Positions 50,116 to 61,950 of a stretch of DNA of 64,000 nt are shown in pieces (the stretch's first letter is position 1; every line of letters starts with the position of its first letter). The DNA is from Octopus bimaculoides (lineage: Eukaryota). Below the pieces are notes generated by a model. That model worked only from the letters and a program-made list of their open reading frames with translations. It was not told where the DNA came from and ran no database searches. The stretch spans positions 55,751,118-55,815,117 of the forward strand of contig NC_068986.1 in the NCBI RefSeq assembly GCF_001194135.2, written 5' to 3'. A program made the position numbers and the translations under genes.

Positions 50116-50474
50116 GATGATGATGATAATGATCGAGATGATGGCGATGATGATGATGATTGAGACGATGATGATAATAATGATTATAATAGTGGTGGTT
50201 GTGGTATTGATGAAAACAACGGACGACTGTCGGTGATAATGACGCTGACGTCGACTACAACAATGACGACGACGACGACGATGATGGTGATGATGGTGAT
50301 GATGGTGATGATATTAATATGTTGATGATGATAGTGATGGTGATGATAATGATGATGACGAGCAAGCGACAGATGATAACGAAGGTGAAGATTATGATTG
50401 AGCTGTCGTAGTTGTTGATGACGAGATAATGATGATGGTGGTATGATGTATATTAGTTATTGTGTGTGTGTGTG

Positions 50475-50508
<34 letters not shown>

Positions 50509-50800
50509 GAGAACTTATCAAATATATGCTTGAAACCCATCTGAAAATGGAGGAAAAAAAAACTAAAAAAAAAACTGAAAACAAACAAACAAATTACTTT
50601 TATTAAAGTTGTCACTTCAATATGGTAAATATTTCTTACCATTTCTATATATTATTATACTTGTTAATTACAACACACATCTTGCCTTCGATCGAGAAGA
50701 AGAAGAAGAAGAAGAAGAAGAAGAAGAAGAAGAAGAAGAAGAAGAAGAAGAAGAAGAAGAAGAAGAAGAAGAAGAAGAAGAAGAAGAAGAGAAACAAGAC
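50065..50800. repeat. (GAT)n low-complexity tract, (TG)n and (GAA)n microsatellites
   Basis: Direct inspection; source of the poly-Asp, poly-Glu and poly-Lys ORFs. Confidence 0.95.
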
Positions 50801-51099
50801 AAACATGTTTATTCTATTTGAGAAGGTAATTGCTTAATTAGGTAGTAGAAAGATAGACATACAGAGTTTCTTGGATGGGAAAAGTGTGGTATATATTTGT
50901 GTGTGTATGTGTGTGTGTGTGTGCACTGAGAGAAATTAGTAGAAGCGGGAGAGAAATTAGATTAGCTGCACTGAATAGCACACACGTAAACGCGCGTGTG
51001 TGTGTATAATATATATAATTAATAAATATCAGGATAAGAAAAAATGTTAGAATTTTTTTACTACCAGTGGCCGAGCATGTAGAAAGCTAGTCAATAGAC

Positions 51100-51428
51100 T
51101 CTTTTACTTGTTTCAGTCATTTGACTGTGGCCATGCTGGAGCACCGCCTTCGAGCAAATCCACCCCCAGGACTTATTCTTTGTAAGCCTAGTACTTATTC
51201 TATCGGTCTCTTTTGCCGAACCGTTAAGTTACGGGGACGTTAACACACCAGCATCGGTTGTCAAGCGATGTTGGGGGGACAAACACAGACACACAAACAT
51301 ATATACACACACATACATATACATATATACGACGGGCTTCTTTCAGTTTCCGTCTACCAAATCCACTCACAAGGCTTTGGTCGGCCCGAGGCTATAGTAG
51401 AAGACACTTGCCCAAGGTGCCACGCAGT
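51100..51428 (-). mobile_element. SINE family A, young copy (head runs into gap)
   Basis: Near-exact reverse complement of 31318-31752 where they overlap. Confidence 0.92.
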
Positions 51429-52159
51429 NNNNNNNNNNNNNNNNNNNNNNNNNNNNNNNNNNNNNNNNNNNNNNNNNNNNNNNNNNNNNNNNNNNNNNNN
51501 NNNNNNNNNNNNNNNNNNNNNNNNNNNNNNNNNNNNNNNNNNNNNNNNNNNNNNNNNNNNNNNNNNNNNNNNNNNNNNNNNNNNNNNNNNNNNNNNNNNN
51601 NNNNNNNNNNNNNNNNNNNNNNNNNNNNNNNNNNNNNNNNNNNNNNNNNNNNNNNNNNNNNNNNNNNNNNNNNNNNNNNNNNNNNNNNNNNNNNNNNNNN
51701 NNNNNNNNNNNNNNNNNNNNNNNNNNNNNNNNNNNNNNNNNNNNNNNNNNNNNNNNNNNNNNNNNNNNNNNNNNNNNNNNNNNNNNNNNNNNNNNNNNNN
51801 NNNNNNNNNNNNNNNNNNNNNNNNNNNNNNNNNNNNNNNNNNNNNNNNNNNNNNNNNNNNNNNNNNNNNNNNNNNNNNNNNNNNNNNNNNNNNNNNNNNN
51901 NNNNNNNNNNNNNNNNNNNNNNNNNNNNNNNNNNNNNNNNNNNNNNNNNNNNNNNNNNNNNNNNNNNNNNNNNNNNNNNNNNNNNNNNNNNNNNNNNNNN
52001 NNNNNNNNNNNNNNNNNNNNNNNNNNNNNNNNNNNNNNNNNNNNNNNNNNNNNNNNNNNNATGTACATAACTATATAAATTTATATGACTATGTATACGA
52101 ACATTTATACGTAATGTATCCACGCATTACTCATACGAACACTGTATATGTATGTATGT

Positions 52160-52192
<33 letters not shown>

Positions 52193-52683
52193 AACTGTCC
52201 AATATATGTGTATACATATATACATATGTGTGTGTGTGTGTATAGTGGGCGAGAGAGAGTGAGTGAGTAAGAGAGAGTGAGAAAGAGAGAATGAGAAAGA
52301 GAGAATTTAAGAGATATAAATAAATATGATAAATATATAAAAATCACTAGACTAATATTACTGCCATTTATATAACTCACTCTTAGAATTCGTTAATTAC
52401 CACAACAGTATCAACAACAACATTTAACATGAACAAACAAGAAGCTTGACAAACGAGAAATAGAATTAGAACTTGTCAGTATCAGATTAAGTTATAACCA
52501 TATGCATACTGTCTATCTTTCATTAAGATATTTTCTAATTATTCTCATTATCTTTACATCTGAAGTTTCTCCCGCTCTATCACCAACACTCATTTCCCTT
52601 ACCACCTGATAATTTTTCACGTTTATTTTATCTGCACCAAATGTCTCCTTCCTCTCTTCATATCTGTCTCTCTCTTCTTCTCT

Positions 52684-52719
<36 letters not shown>

Positions 52720-52747
52720 TTCTCTCTTCCTATCTCTCCTTTTTAAT

Positions 52748-52956
52748 ATTGGTTTCAAAATTTGACAAAAGGCCAGAAACTTCTGGGGAGGCTGTAGGTC
52801 AATTACATCGGCCCCAGTGCTCAACTGGTACTTATTTTATCGTCCCCAAAAGGATGAAAGCAAAGTCGACCTCGGCGGCGTTTGAACTCAGAACGTGAAG
52901 ACGAAATGCTGCTAAGCATTTGGCCTGGCATACCAACGATTGTCAGATCACCGCCT
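52748..52956 (-). mobile_element. SINE family B
   Basis: Reverse complement of the family B body. Confidence 0.88.
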
Positions 52957-52983
52957 TATCTCCCTTTTAGTATTATTATAATT

Positions 52984-53198
52984 AAGGCAGTAAACAGGTA
53001 GAATTGTTGGACAGCAGACAGCATTCCTTGCAGTATATTTTCTAATCCTATAAGTTTTGAGTTCAGATCTCACCATGTTCAACTTTGTCTTTTATCCTCC
53101 TGGATTCAATAAAATGCAACGAGTCAAGTATCGGGTTGATGGTATCGACTACAATCCCTCCCCTGAAAATTGATGGGTTTACGCCTAAATTAGAAACC
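52984..53198 (+). mobile_element. SINE family B (head-to-head with previous copy)
   Basis: aaggcagtaaacaggtagaattgttgg..gagttcagatctcacc..actttgtcttttatcc.. Confidence 0.75.
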
Positions 53199-53543
53199 AC
53201 TGTTATTGTTTTCTGGTCTGAGCACCACGATGTTTTGCCTCTCCGTATAACTGTCATTGTTATTGTCATTTTTGTTACATTTTGTTGCTATTGAGCGTTT
53301 TGCAGTGGGAAAATCCAGGAGAAGACGAATACAAAAGTGATCGGTAATTTATTTCTGTTGCTTGCAGGAATTAAATTCGTTGAGTATTTATATTTTTTTA
53401 AGTGGTGTTAGGAGGTGCTCTAAAAAAAGTGCCTCTTCCAGTAGCTGAAAGTATGGAAGAGTTGGCATGTGCGACTCACCTTCTCGTTAAAATTACTGCT
53501 TCTCTTTAATTGCAATCGTAACAACCAAAAAACAGCCACTCTC

Positions 53544-53575
<32 letters not shown>

Positions 53576-54019
53576 CAGCGAAAACCACAACTACCACTAC
53601 CACTACCATCCTAGATGGTATTTAGAAGAGGTAAATATTCTAGTAACAAGACATTGTTGTACTGAATGGAGAGACAGGAGCAACAGCAGTAGCATTGTCC
53701 CCGGACAATGATTGATCGTATTGAAGAACATAAGAAATTAAGAAAATGGGTTGTGTATGTCATCAAAATCATGCTATGTTTGGGGAGGAGTGGCGTCAGA
53801 GGAGTTGACATATTGCTGATTCTCAAAGAACGAATGAGGGTTCAATATTCTCCTATAAGGTGATTTTGAAGAGGTCTATCATGATGTGTGACAAGAGGTT
53901 TACTACATGGGCAAGGTGAAGAGTATCGCACGATAAATTTATCTCCTCATAATGTACAGATTAGACTTTGCTGTATGAGTAAGAAGTTCACTTCTAATTA
54001 TGTCGCATCGGGTTTAGTC

Positions 54020-54240
54020 CAATCGTAAAGCACTTTGAGCGAGTGTCTTGTACTACAGACCCAGGTTAACCAATGACTTGTTGAGTTTAATGGAAAGAAA
54101 CTGGAAGCCCATCATATGTGTACGTGTCTACATTTTTGTGTTTGTCATTATTGCATCGAAACTAGTGGGGTTTGTTTATGTTCCCTGTAGCATAACAGTT
54201 TCGCAAAAAGAAACTGATAGAATAAATACCAGGCTTTAAA
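54020..54240 (+). mobile_element. Degraded SINE family A
   Basis: ..gagtgtcttgtactacagacccaggttaaccaatgacttg..gaaactggaagccc..gatagaataaatacc. Confidence 0.7.
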
Positions 54241-54249
54241 ATAAACAAT

Positions 54250-55330
54250 GAAAACAAAAAAGGCGAGAAGACAGTCGGCACTCGTGCGATATTTGTAACC
54301 CATATGTTTTCGGATATGAGATAAAGAAATGGGAAAACTTCAGGTAGTGACGAGGACGAGGATGTGGACTTGTAGATGATTTTGACAATTTCAGGAAATG
54401 GGAAAATTGGAGGAGATCGTCCTGTTCTTAAACTGGGAAACTGCTTGTGTTGCGCCGATCTTACCTTGTCATCGTTGGCTGTTATGCTTTTGTAGTGTCT
54501 TGTGATGACAACGGATTCTATGAGTGTGGCGCTGTAGACCACGGCCTTTGAGAGGCAGGGACCTCCCAGTGGGCAAGAAAATACAACTAACTATTTTTCT
54601 ATTTCTCTCTCTGCTGCAACAATGATAGGATTTCAGACTTGAAGCTTGAGTGTTCATGGCTTGGATAGAGACTTTGAGCAGGATCACCTGCTCAATGTCC
54701 TCAGGTCACATCATTAAGATGTCAGAGCCATCAATGAAACTAGGGCTTTTGCAGTTATGGCTGACAACAAGGTATATGCTTTCAGAAATTTCTTGACCTG
54801 GCAGTGATCATGATTCAAGAAAAGCTTTGCAAAACCAGATATACAGTCAGTATGATTTGTCCAGAGTGTTCTGAGAGCTACGAAACCAATTTTACGCCGT
54901 CGTCAAGTATCCAAAATTACTGACCCGTGGAAATACATCGAATGGTCGTTATGCATGCCGGGTGGATCCGGCTATGAGCCGATTCTCATGTTAAGGGCGC
55001 TAAACCAACTTCTTTTTGAACGAATTTGAAAGTATTGAAGACAGAACTCTATATCGTCAATGAAACGTTCATCAATTTCTCGAAGAAAGTTTCCAAATGA
55101 AAGATTGCTCTGTTCTAACACCTGAGAAAATGCTTGTGTTGTGTTGATCTTACCTCGACATCGTTGGTTGTTAAGCCTCTGTAGTGTCTAGTGAGACCAC
55201 CAGATCATATGAGTGCGCCTCTGTAGAACATTGCCTTTCAGAGACAAGGATCTCCCAGTGGGCAATTGGTGGTATTCCGAATGTTACAAGTTGGGGTGTT
55301 GTACGTAAGGACACGGAAAACTTCACCTTC
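54250..55330 (-). mobile_element. Penelope-like relic with two GIY-YIG fragments
   Basis: Minus strand: CPLGGPCLSKAVVYSATL..RHYKSITANDDKVRSAQHK (54400-54590) and CNIRNTTNCPLGDPCL..RHYRGLTTNDVEVRSTQHK (55110-55300), matching the PLE 'CNC...CPL.G.C....VY.A....YIG' motif. Confidence 0.75.
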
Positions 55331-55487
55331 CCATCCTGCTTCGTTTGGTAACTCCAAGATCAACGAAATTATTTATCCAACATCATATGGAAAATACACA
55401 AGCAAACACACATAAGTATGTATGACTCTGTCCTTCTCTCTCTCTCTCTCTCTCTCTCTGTATATATATGTATACACACACACACAC

Positions 55488-55541
<54 letters not shown>

Positions 55542-55878
55542 NNNNNNNNNNNNNNNNNNNNNNNNNNNNNNNNNNNNNNNNNNNNNNNNNNNNNNNNNNN
55601 NNNNNNNNNNNNNNNNNNNNNNNNNNNNNNNNNNNNNNNNNNNNNNNNNNNNNNNNNNNNNNNNNNNNNNNNNNNNNNNNNNNNNNNNNNNNNNNNNNNN
55701 NNNNNNNNNNNNNNNNNNNNNNNNNNNNNNNNNNNNNNNNNNNNNNNNNNNNNNNNNNNNNNNNNNNNNNNNNNNNNNNNNNNNNNNNNNNNNNNNNNNN
55801 NNNNNNNNNNNNNNNNNNNNNNNNNNNNNNNNNNNNNNNNNNNNNNNNNNNNNNNNNNNNTATGTATGTATGTATATA

Positions 55879-56579
55879 CAGGGTGGCTATAAATTCACGC
55901 ACCATCCTGCAATATGTGAAATTGTTAACATGCTCTTTTTTTTTTTTATCTCTTTTCAAAACTGCCGTTATTACTCACAAACCAATCCTCATTGGATGGA
56001 AGCAGATACTCAACAAGTTGGTGGCCAGGTAATGGTGTGGTGTGGGATTTAGTACAATCAAGTAATTGGACCATTTTATTTTGAGGGCTCTGTGGCAGGT
56101 GATTCGTATCTGGACATGCTTGGCAACAAGATGATGTCTCACGTGCATTCACTAGGAAGGGGAAACCCTGTCTGATTTGAGCAGGATGGGGCTTCGCCCC
56201 ATTATGCATTACAAGTTCGTGGTTTTCTGAATGAACATTTTACAGAGAGATGGCTCGGGCGCCGCGGGCCATTTGAATGGGCACCACGGTCACCAGATTA
56301 ACTCACATGGACCTTTTCTTCTTGGGCTACATTAAATCTCTTGTGTATTCTGAAAAGATTCGTGACCCAGGATATCTTCAAAGAATTGTTGAAGCGTGTG
56401 AACAAGTCAACGGCAATGAAGAGCTATTTGGGAGGGTTCATTGCAATTTCAAATTCCGTATGAACACTTGTTTAGAGCTACATGGTCAACACTTAGAACA
56501 TTTGTAATGGATTACCTACTTCATTGCTAATAAAACAGACTTGAGATCTCTCATGGTGCGTGACTTTGTGGCCACCTTG
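55879..56579 (+). mobile_element. Internally deleted Tc1/mariner DD41D (rosa/Visitor-type) transposon
   Basis: 26-bp imperfect TIRs (55879-55904, 56554-56579) flanked by TA. The C-terminal transposase VMVWCGI..QDGASPHY..WAPRSPDLTHMD has 41 residues between the 2nd and 3rd D after correcting a 1-nt deletion. The N-terminal half is missing. Confidence 0.9.
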
Positions 56580-56588
56580 TATATATAT

Positions 56589-56820
56589 GTAGTTAACAAA
56601 AGTCGGGATGCGTGGGGTTCAGTTAATAAATGAATAATGCATTAAATACTACAAAACGTACACGTAGGACAGACACAGAAGGACCCTAATTCTTCATCAG
56701 TTATCGACCGAAAATACTAATACTTAGTTTCGTGCCTTTAACGATGAGACTGAGAACTTCGTATATCGGCGGCACCCGAAAGAATTGCGTAGAATTAGGA
56801 CTCGGGCAAACAAGGCATAC
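56589..56820 (+). mobile_element. Unclassified interspersed repeat D (copy 2)
   Basis: Homologous to 45389-45623 in opposite orientation; followed by an (ACAT)n tract. Confidence 0.75.
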
Positions 56821-57029
56821 ATACATACATACACACACATATGCACACATATATACATACACGCATGCATGCATACATACATACATACATACATACGTAC
56901 GGACATATAAAATTATACAACTTAAATAAGTTAGACAGGTTTTGGCCGTTGTCGGCCTAAGCCATGTCTGATTTAATAACATCACCTGTGATAGTTTTTT
57001 AAGTTTTAAGACATCATAGTTCACTCGAG

Positions 57030-57660
57030 TAGGTAGTTGCTTACTGAGATGTACCCAAGGGTCGATGGTTTGGCAGGTGTTTCTCGGCGGAATTTGTACT
57101 GGTACTGTTTCAATGTTACGGAGGATCTTCTTTTTCTTTGATTTCTTTCAAAATAATGTTGAATAAGGTAGGACCAGTTGGGGTAAATAGAGGTCGTGCT
57201 GCAATGAAACACATAATTCTGGGACCAAACCTTCGGTGGCTTGTGAACTTGATACAGGTATCACTTGGACTGTGTTAGTATATTTTTCACATTGTAGAAA
57301 TGATGTAGCGCTTACGGCGGCGTTGGGGAGAATGAAGTCTGAGATTTTTGAGACAATCCCAATTCTCAAGGCTGGTCAGAGCATTTATTTATATATATAT
57401 TTATTTATATGTTTATTTATGGTCGATCATTGAGGTCTTCAATACTGATAATATTTTGTTTTGTATACGGACCACAGAGTGCAAAAAGTATTCAAGGTGA
57501 AACCTAGAAAACGTTGAGAAGAAAAGACTGGCATCAGGGTTTTAGGAATGGAAAATTGTAAGGATCCATGAGCACATTCTGTGAGCCATATCAAATTTAT
57601 TTTTGTGTGTGCACTCCAGCTTAGGTTGTTGATCAAAGTTATTCTTAAGTTTCTGATATC
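57030..57660 (-). mobile_element. CR1-like LINE 3' relic
   Basis: Minus strand: MCSWILT, LEYFCTLWSVYK, LKNLRLHSPQRRRKRYII (CR1 'LYSLERRRERY'), GPTLFNI. Confidence 0.8.
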
Positions 57661-57664
57661 ATTA

Positions 57665-57792
57665 AATGCTATAAAGAGCTATGTAGACTAGAGGAACATG
57701 AAATGAAGTGCTTTGATGAAGGTCATAACGCGTGGCCCGGTCCAAGAGTTGAAACCATTATCTAATGATCATGAGCCGAACACTCTAAGCCG
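57665..57792 (-). mobile_element. tRNA-derived SINE family C fragment
   Basis: Homologous to 32330-32460. Confidence 0.55.
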
Positions 57793-58214
57793 TAAATAAA
57801 TACACGCGAGTGTATGTGTAATACTACATGAGTATATTCTTTTACTTAGCTTTTAAAGGTTCCCTGTATTAAAGATTATAATACTAACAAGCCACATGTT
57901 TTTCATTTTATGTGTGCATGTGTGTGAGTGTGTGCAAGTGTTATTTGCGTCATTGCATACTCAAATACGTAACATCTATGTATTTTCTTTCTGTATTTGT
58001 CTCTCCATGTCTCCAGCCTTTTCTGTCCTTCCCTCTCTTTCATCTTCTCCCACGCTCTATTTTCTATATCCCTGTGGACTTCCTGCTTCTGTGAGTGTGC
58101 ATAAATAGTTGTGGAAACATATGGTGCATATCTAGCAGCCTACAACTATCAACTTACCTACAAGCTTATCTATCTATCTATCCTCTCTGTCTGTCTGTCC
58201 GTCTCTGTCTCTCT

Positions 58215-58247
<33 letters not shown>

Positions 58248-59534
58248 GCGTATGGTGAGAAGAAGACTATGAGACAGAAGGATAGACAAACATATATAGA
58301 CACACAAACACTCTGACATCAACACATACATACACATACCCACACACGCACACGCACACGCACGCATACATACACATTCACACTTATATACATAAATGTA
58401 TAAATGCACACGCGGCCCCATTTTCATGTACATTATAGCTAATAAACGCCGATCAATGACAATGATAAGTTATTTTTGGATCAAAGGAGACTAGAAATTA
58501 TGGAATTATTGATTCACTTTGCTCAGATTCACCAAGATATAACCCAAACATACATGTATGTGTGCCGATCGGTCATTGAAAATTATATCAATGACTTTTA
58601 TACAATTATTGAATGAACGTGAATATTTTGGTAACGCTTCTCTCTCATTCAAACATTTTTCTTAGATGCTAAACTTAGCTTGAAATACAATATCATTTGC
58701 AAGCAACAGATCGTAGTAGTTTAAATAAATCATATTGTGATACAGTAGAATCACTGAAAGCTAGCAATGGTCTATATCGACAAATAGTAAATACAAAACG
58801 TTTAAATAGTGGAACGTTTTTGTATTTATAAATCATAACATATTGTAAGTTATCTTCCAGAACAGTTTCCTTAGTCTTAGAACATGGGAAGAAAACATAG
58901 ACGGTGGCAAAAACAAATAAATTAGCAAATAAAACAAGTAAAATGATATTAATTGTTCACAGGCTACAGAAATACTACAAATCAATGAAAATTCACCAAT
59001 ACAATTCAGCACAGTAAAATAGGATACCATACAAATCAACATATATACATTTATATATGTACGCATACGCAGGTGAACACATACATTGATATAAGTTTGC
59101 GTTTATCATGCTCCTAAATTGTTACGGCCTATTTACATACAAAGAATCTTCGGCTGAAGATGGAACAGCAACCTCTTGGGTATTCTTTGAAGAATATACT
59201 TATCGTAATAAAGAACTTTTTTTATGGCCCGCCTAATGGGGAAAAAAAACCTCTAGTATGTGACATAAAAGATGAGAAGGAAAGCATTCTTCTATGAAAA
59301 AGGGGGATTCAATGAGTTGACTGTTAATAAATTTACTTTCAAAGCTTGTAAATGTATCTCACAGAACAAATCACTAAAAAAGCTTCAATCTGATTATTTC
59401 TGTAAGATCTGCAATGAAAGATTAAAAGACATAAATATAGTAACTTCCAAAACTTCCTATTCTGGAATGCGAAAGCAATTAGAAAATCCAACTGCGCGCT
59501 TTTACTCGACGATATTTATACAAAAGTTATAATT

Positions 59535-59895
59535 TATCTTTTTCTTGTTTCAGTCATTATACTTTGGCCATGCTGGAGTACCTCCTTGAAGAATTTTTAG
59601 TCGAATAAATCGATCCCGGTACTTTTCTCTTTAAGCCCGGTACTAATTGGATTTTTTGCCAAACCGCTAAGTTACGGTTGTCAAGCAGTGTGGCAGGGAC
59701 AGACACAAACACAAAGACAGGCAGATAGATAGATAGCTAGATATGATATACCACGAGGTTCTTTCAATTTCCGTCTACCAAATCCACTTTGGTCGGCCCG
59801 AAGCTATAGTAGAAGACACTTGCCCATGATGCTATGCAGTAGGACTGAACCGGGAACCATGTGGTTGGGAAGCAAGCTTCTTACCACATAGTCCC
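59535..59895 (-). mobile_element. SINE family A
   Basis: Full reverse-complement copy with a (GATA)n internal tract. Confidence 0.88.
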
Positions 59896-59989
59896 AAAAT
59901 TTTCGCTAACAAGATCATGAACATTTACAAACACAAAAACATAAATATACAACACATTAAGAAAGAAGTACAAACACTTGTAATCCAGC

Positions 59990-60620
59990 GAAATAAATAA
60001 GTCGACAGAGAACTGCATATTGCTAAGTGTAAATATATCTTAAAAATAATTAACCCAGTTAAAAGTGAACTGGATATAGTATGTAAGTAAATTCTTGACA
60101 AAATTATCCTAAATATTCAAACAATATGGCTTCTGTCATTAAGTTGTTCAACTGTATGTATTGTTAAAACAATTGGAATTCATCCAATTTCACAATTTTT
60201 AGTTTTATCCGTTCATTACAAAGCCCCTCCAAAACAACCAAGAGATTGGCCGTAATGTTAGCTTTAACATTAAAACTGGTACCAAAGTCATAAATCATCA
60301 TTGATAATTCCCCAGACATAAGGAAGAAAGACGGTCTGTTGTCTGATGTCTCCAATGAATGGATAGATATGAGGTAGACGAAATCCATGAATTAGTAAAA
60401 TTGTGCATTCAAAACTCACTTCGAGGACAAAGGAACTTTTCTTAGAAACAGAGTAATGCTGGATTCATAATCTACCGCCGTATGAACAGCTACATAACGA
60501 TAGTTTAAGAAAAGATTTTACAGAAATCTTTAAAGAATTTTATTAAAAATTTCCATCATTATACATTTGCTGCTAAATTTCAAGAAGTAAATCTAAACTT
60601 AAAGACTGGAAAATTACTGA
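59990..60620 (+). mobile_element. Penelope-like RT relic
   Basis: IINPVKSELDIVCK.ILDKI (PLE 'LINP.KSELG..SK.ILD'), FYPFITKPL, YEVDEIHELVKL (similar to YDGAEVCELVGL), LRKDFTEIFKEF. Confidence 0.7.
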
Positions 60621-61534
60621 TTGTCAAACGACAACAGTTCAAATCCAGATAACGTATAACACAAACATAAGAAACAGACAGAAACGAACTCATATAACAG
60701 GGTATCAAGATGCGGAAAATAATGTGTCACAAAGGAAAAGAGCAAGGCTTGCTTGCTGTCGATGCCTATCCGCCTTTGAAAACATATATATTTCAAATGA
60801 AATACATTCACTGATTTTTGGAAATAGAAATAATACATTTCTAAATCTCTCAGAGAGATTTATGCAGTAGCAGCGCGATAAAGTGATAGTATGTTGTCAG
60901 TCCCATGAAAAGGAAGAATGCTACTGTTATTTAGCCCTTGGAAACACCGTTTCCTGTTGGACTTGACACATTTCCTGTGTCCATATGTTTTCAAAGTGGA
61001 GACAAGCACCTCCACCCAGCAAAGCCAGCATCCAGAGACTGGTTTCAGTGTCATTCCTCATCATCAGTCTGGAGTAGCATGGCTTGCTTGCTGTCGATGC
61101 CTCTCCGCCTTTGAAAACATATATATTACAAGTGAAATACATTCACTGACTTGTACTGTAGACATTGCGGTGGTGAGTAAATGACTTCCAATTGGTGGTG
61201 ATTTCCGCTAGATATTGCATCATCTGTCTATACTGCCATAGCACAGGTACAGGTGAACTACTTCGTAGTGGAGGTGTCATTGTAGTCTTTGTAGTCTTTG
61301 GCTGTGCGAGCGCTGTGAAATGCGAAACCAAGGAGGGTTTCTGTCACTTGCTAACTGGTTCGAATGGGCTAGAAGTCAACTACAGTTTCTGCCAGGGACA
61401 TTCAACATAAGTTAGCTAACCTCCGACCTCTTAACTGACATAAAATACCAGAGAATACGTGAAACAAGAATGTTTTGTAGATTATTTACATTATTTACAT
61501 TTGACGGATATTTGTCCTCATCTTGTTTGTTGTT

Positions 61535-61580
61535 AACACAACGTTTCGGCAGATATACCCTCCAGCTTTCATCAGGTGTC
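61535..61580 (-). ncRNA. Minimal type I hammerhead motif (canonical core, ACGT stem III)
   Basis: Minus strand: GACAC-CTGATGA-a-agctg(gagggtatat)ctgcc-GAAAC-GTT-GTGTT; stem I 5 bp with one G-U; stem II only 3 of 5 pairs. Confidence 0.65.
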
Positions 61581-61799
61581 TTGAGGAATTTTCGAACCTG
61601 AGTTCTCATTCCTAAGGAATTTTTCGATGTTGTTGTTGTTGTTGCTGATTCAAGCATGAAGTATTCCTCAACAACTGTACCAACACTAGAAATCAATACT
61701 ACCTATGCTAACTGCTTAGGTGTCGGTTGCTGACAATTAATAGAATATAGGCAACAAATTGGCAGACCATTAAAGCATCAAATGAAATTCTGTTATATT

Positions 61800-61950
61800 T
61801 ATTCTGGTTTCGTGTGTTCTGAGTTCAAATCTCACCTAGGTGAACCTTTTCGTACTTCGTAGTGCAGGGTGGTGAACTGGCAGAATCATTAGAGCGTTGG
61901 ACAAGATGCCATTTGTTCTTGAGCTCTTAATTCAAATCCTGTTTTGGCCA
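61800..61950 (+). mobile_element. Degraded SINE family B pieces
   Basis: gttctgagttcaaatctcacc..; ggtggtgaactggcagaatcattagagcgttggacaa.. Confidence 0.6.

Noticed and set aside
49942-50837. Poly-Asp/Gly, poly-Glu and poly-Lys ORFs
   Set aside because: Translations of (GAT)n and (GAA)n microsatellites with no splice or domain support.
53470-53720. Minus-strand AAG|GTGAGT donor suggesting a first exon
   Set aside because: A single splice motif with no acceptor, ORF or promoter evidence.
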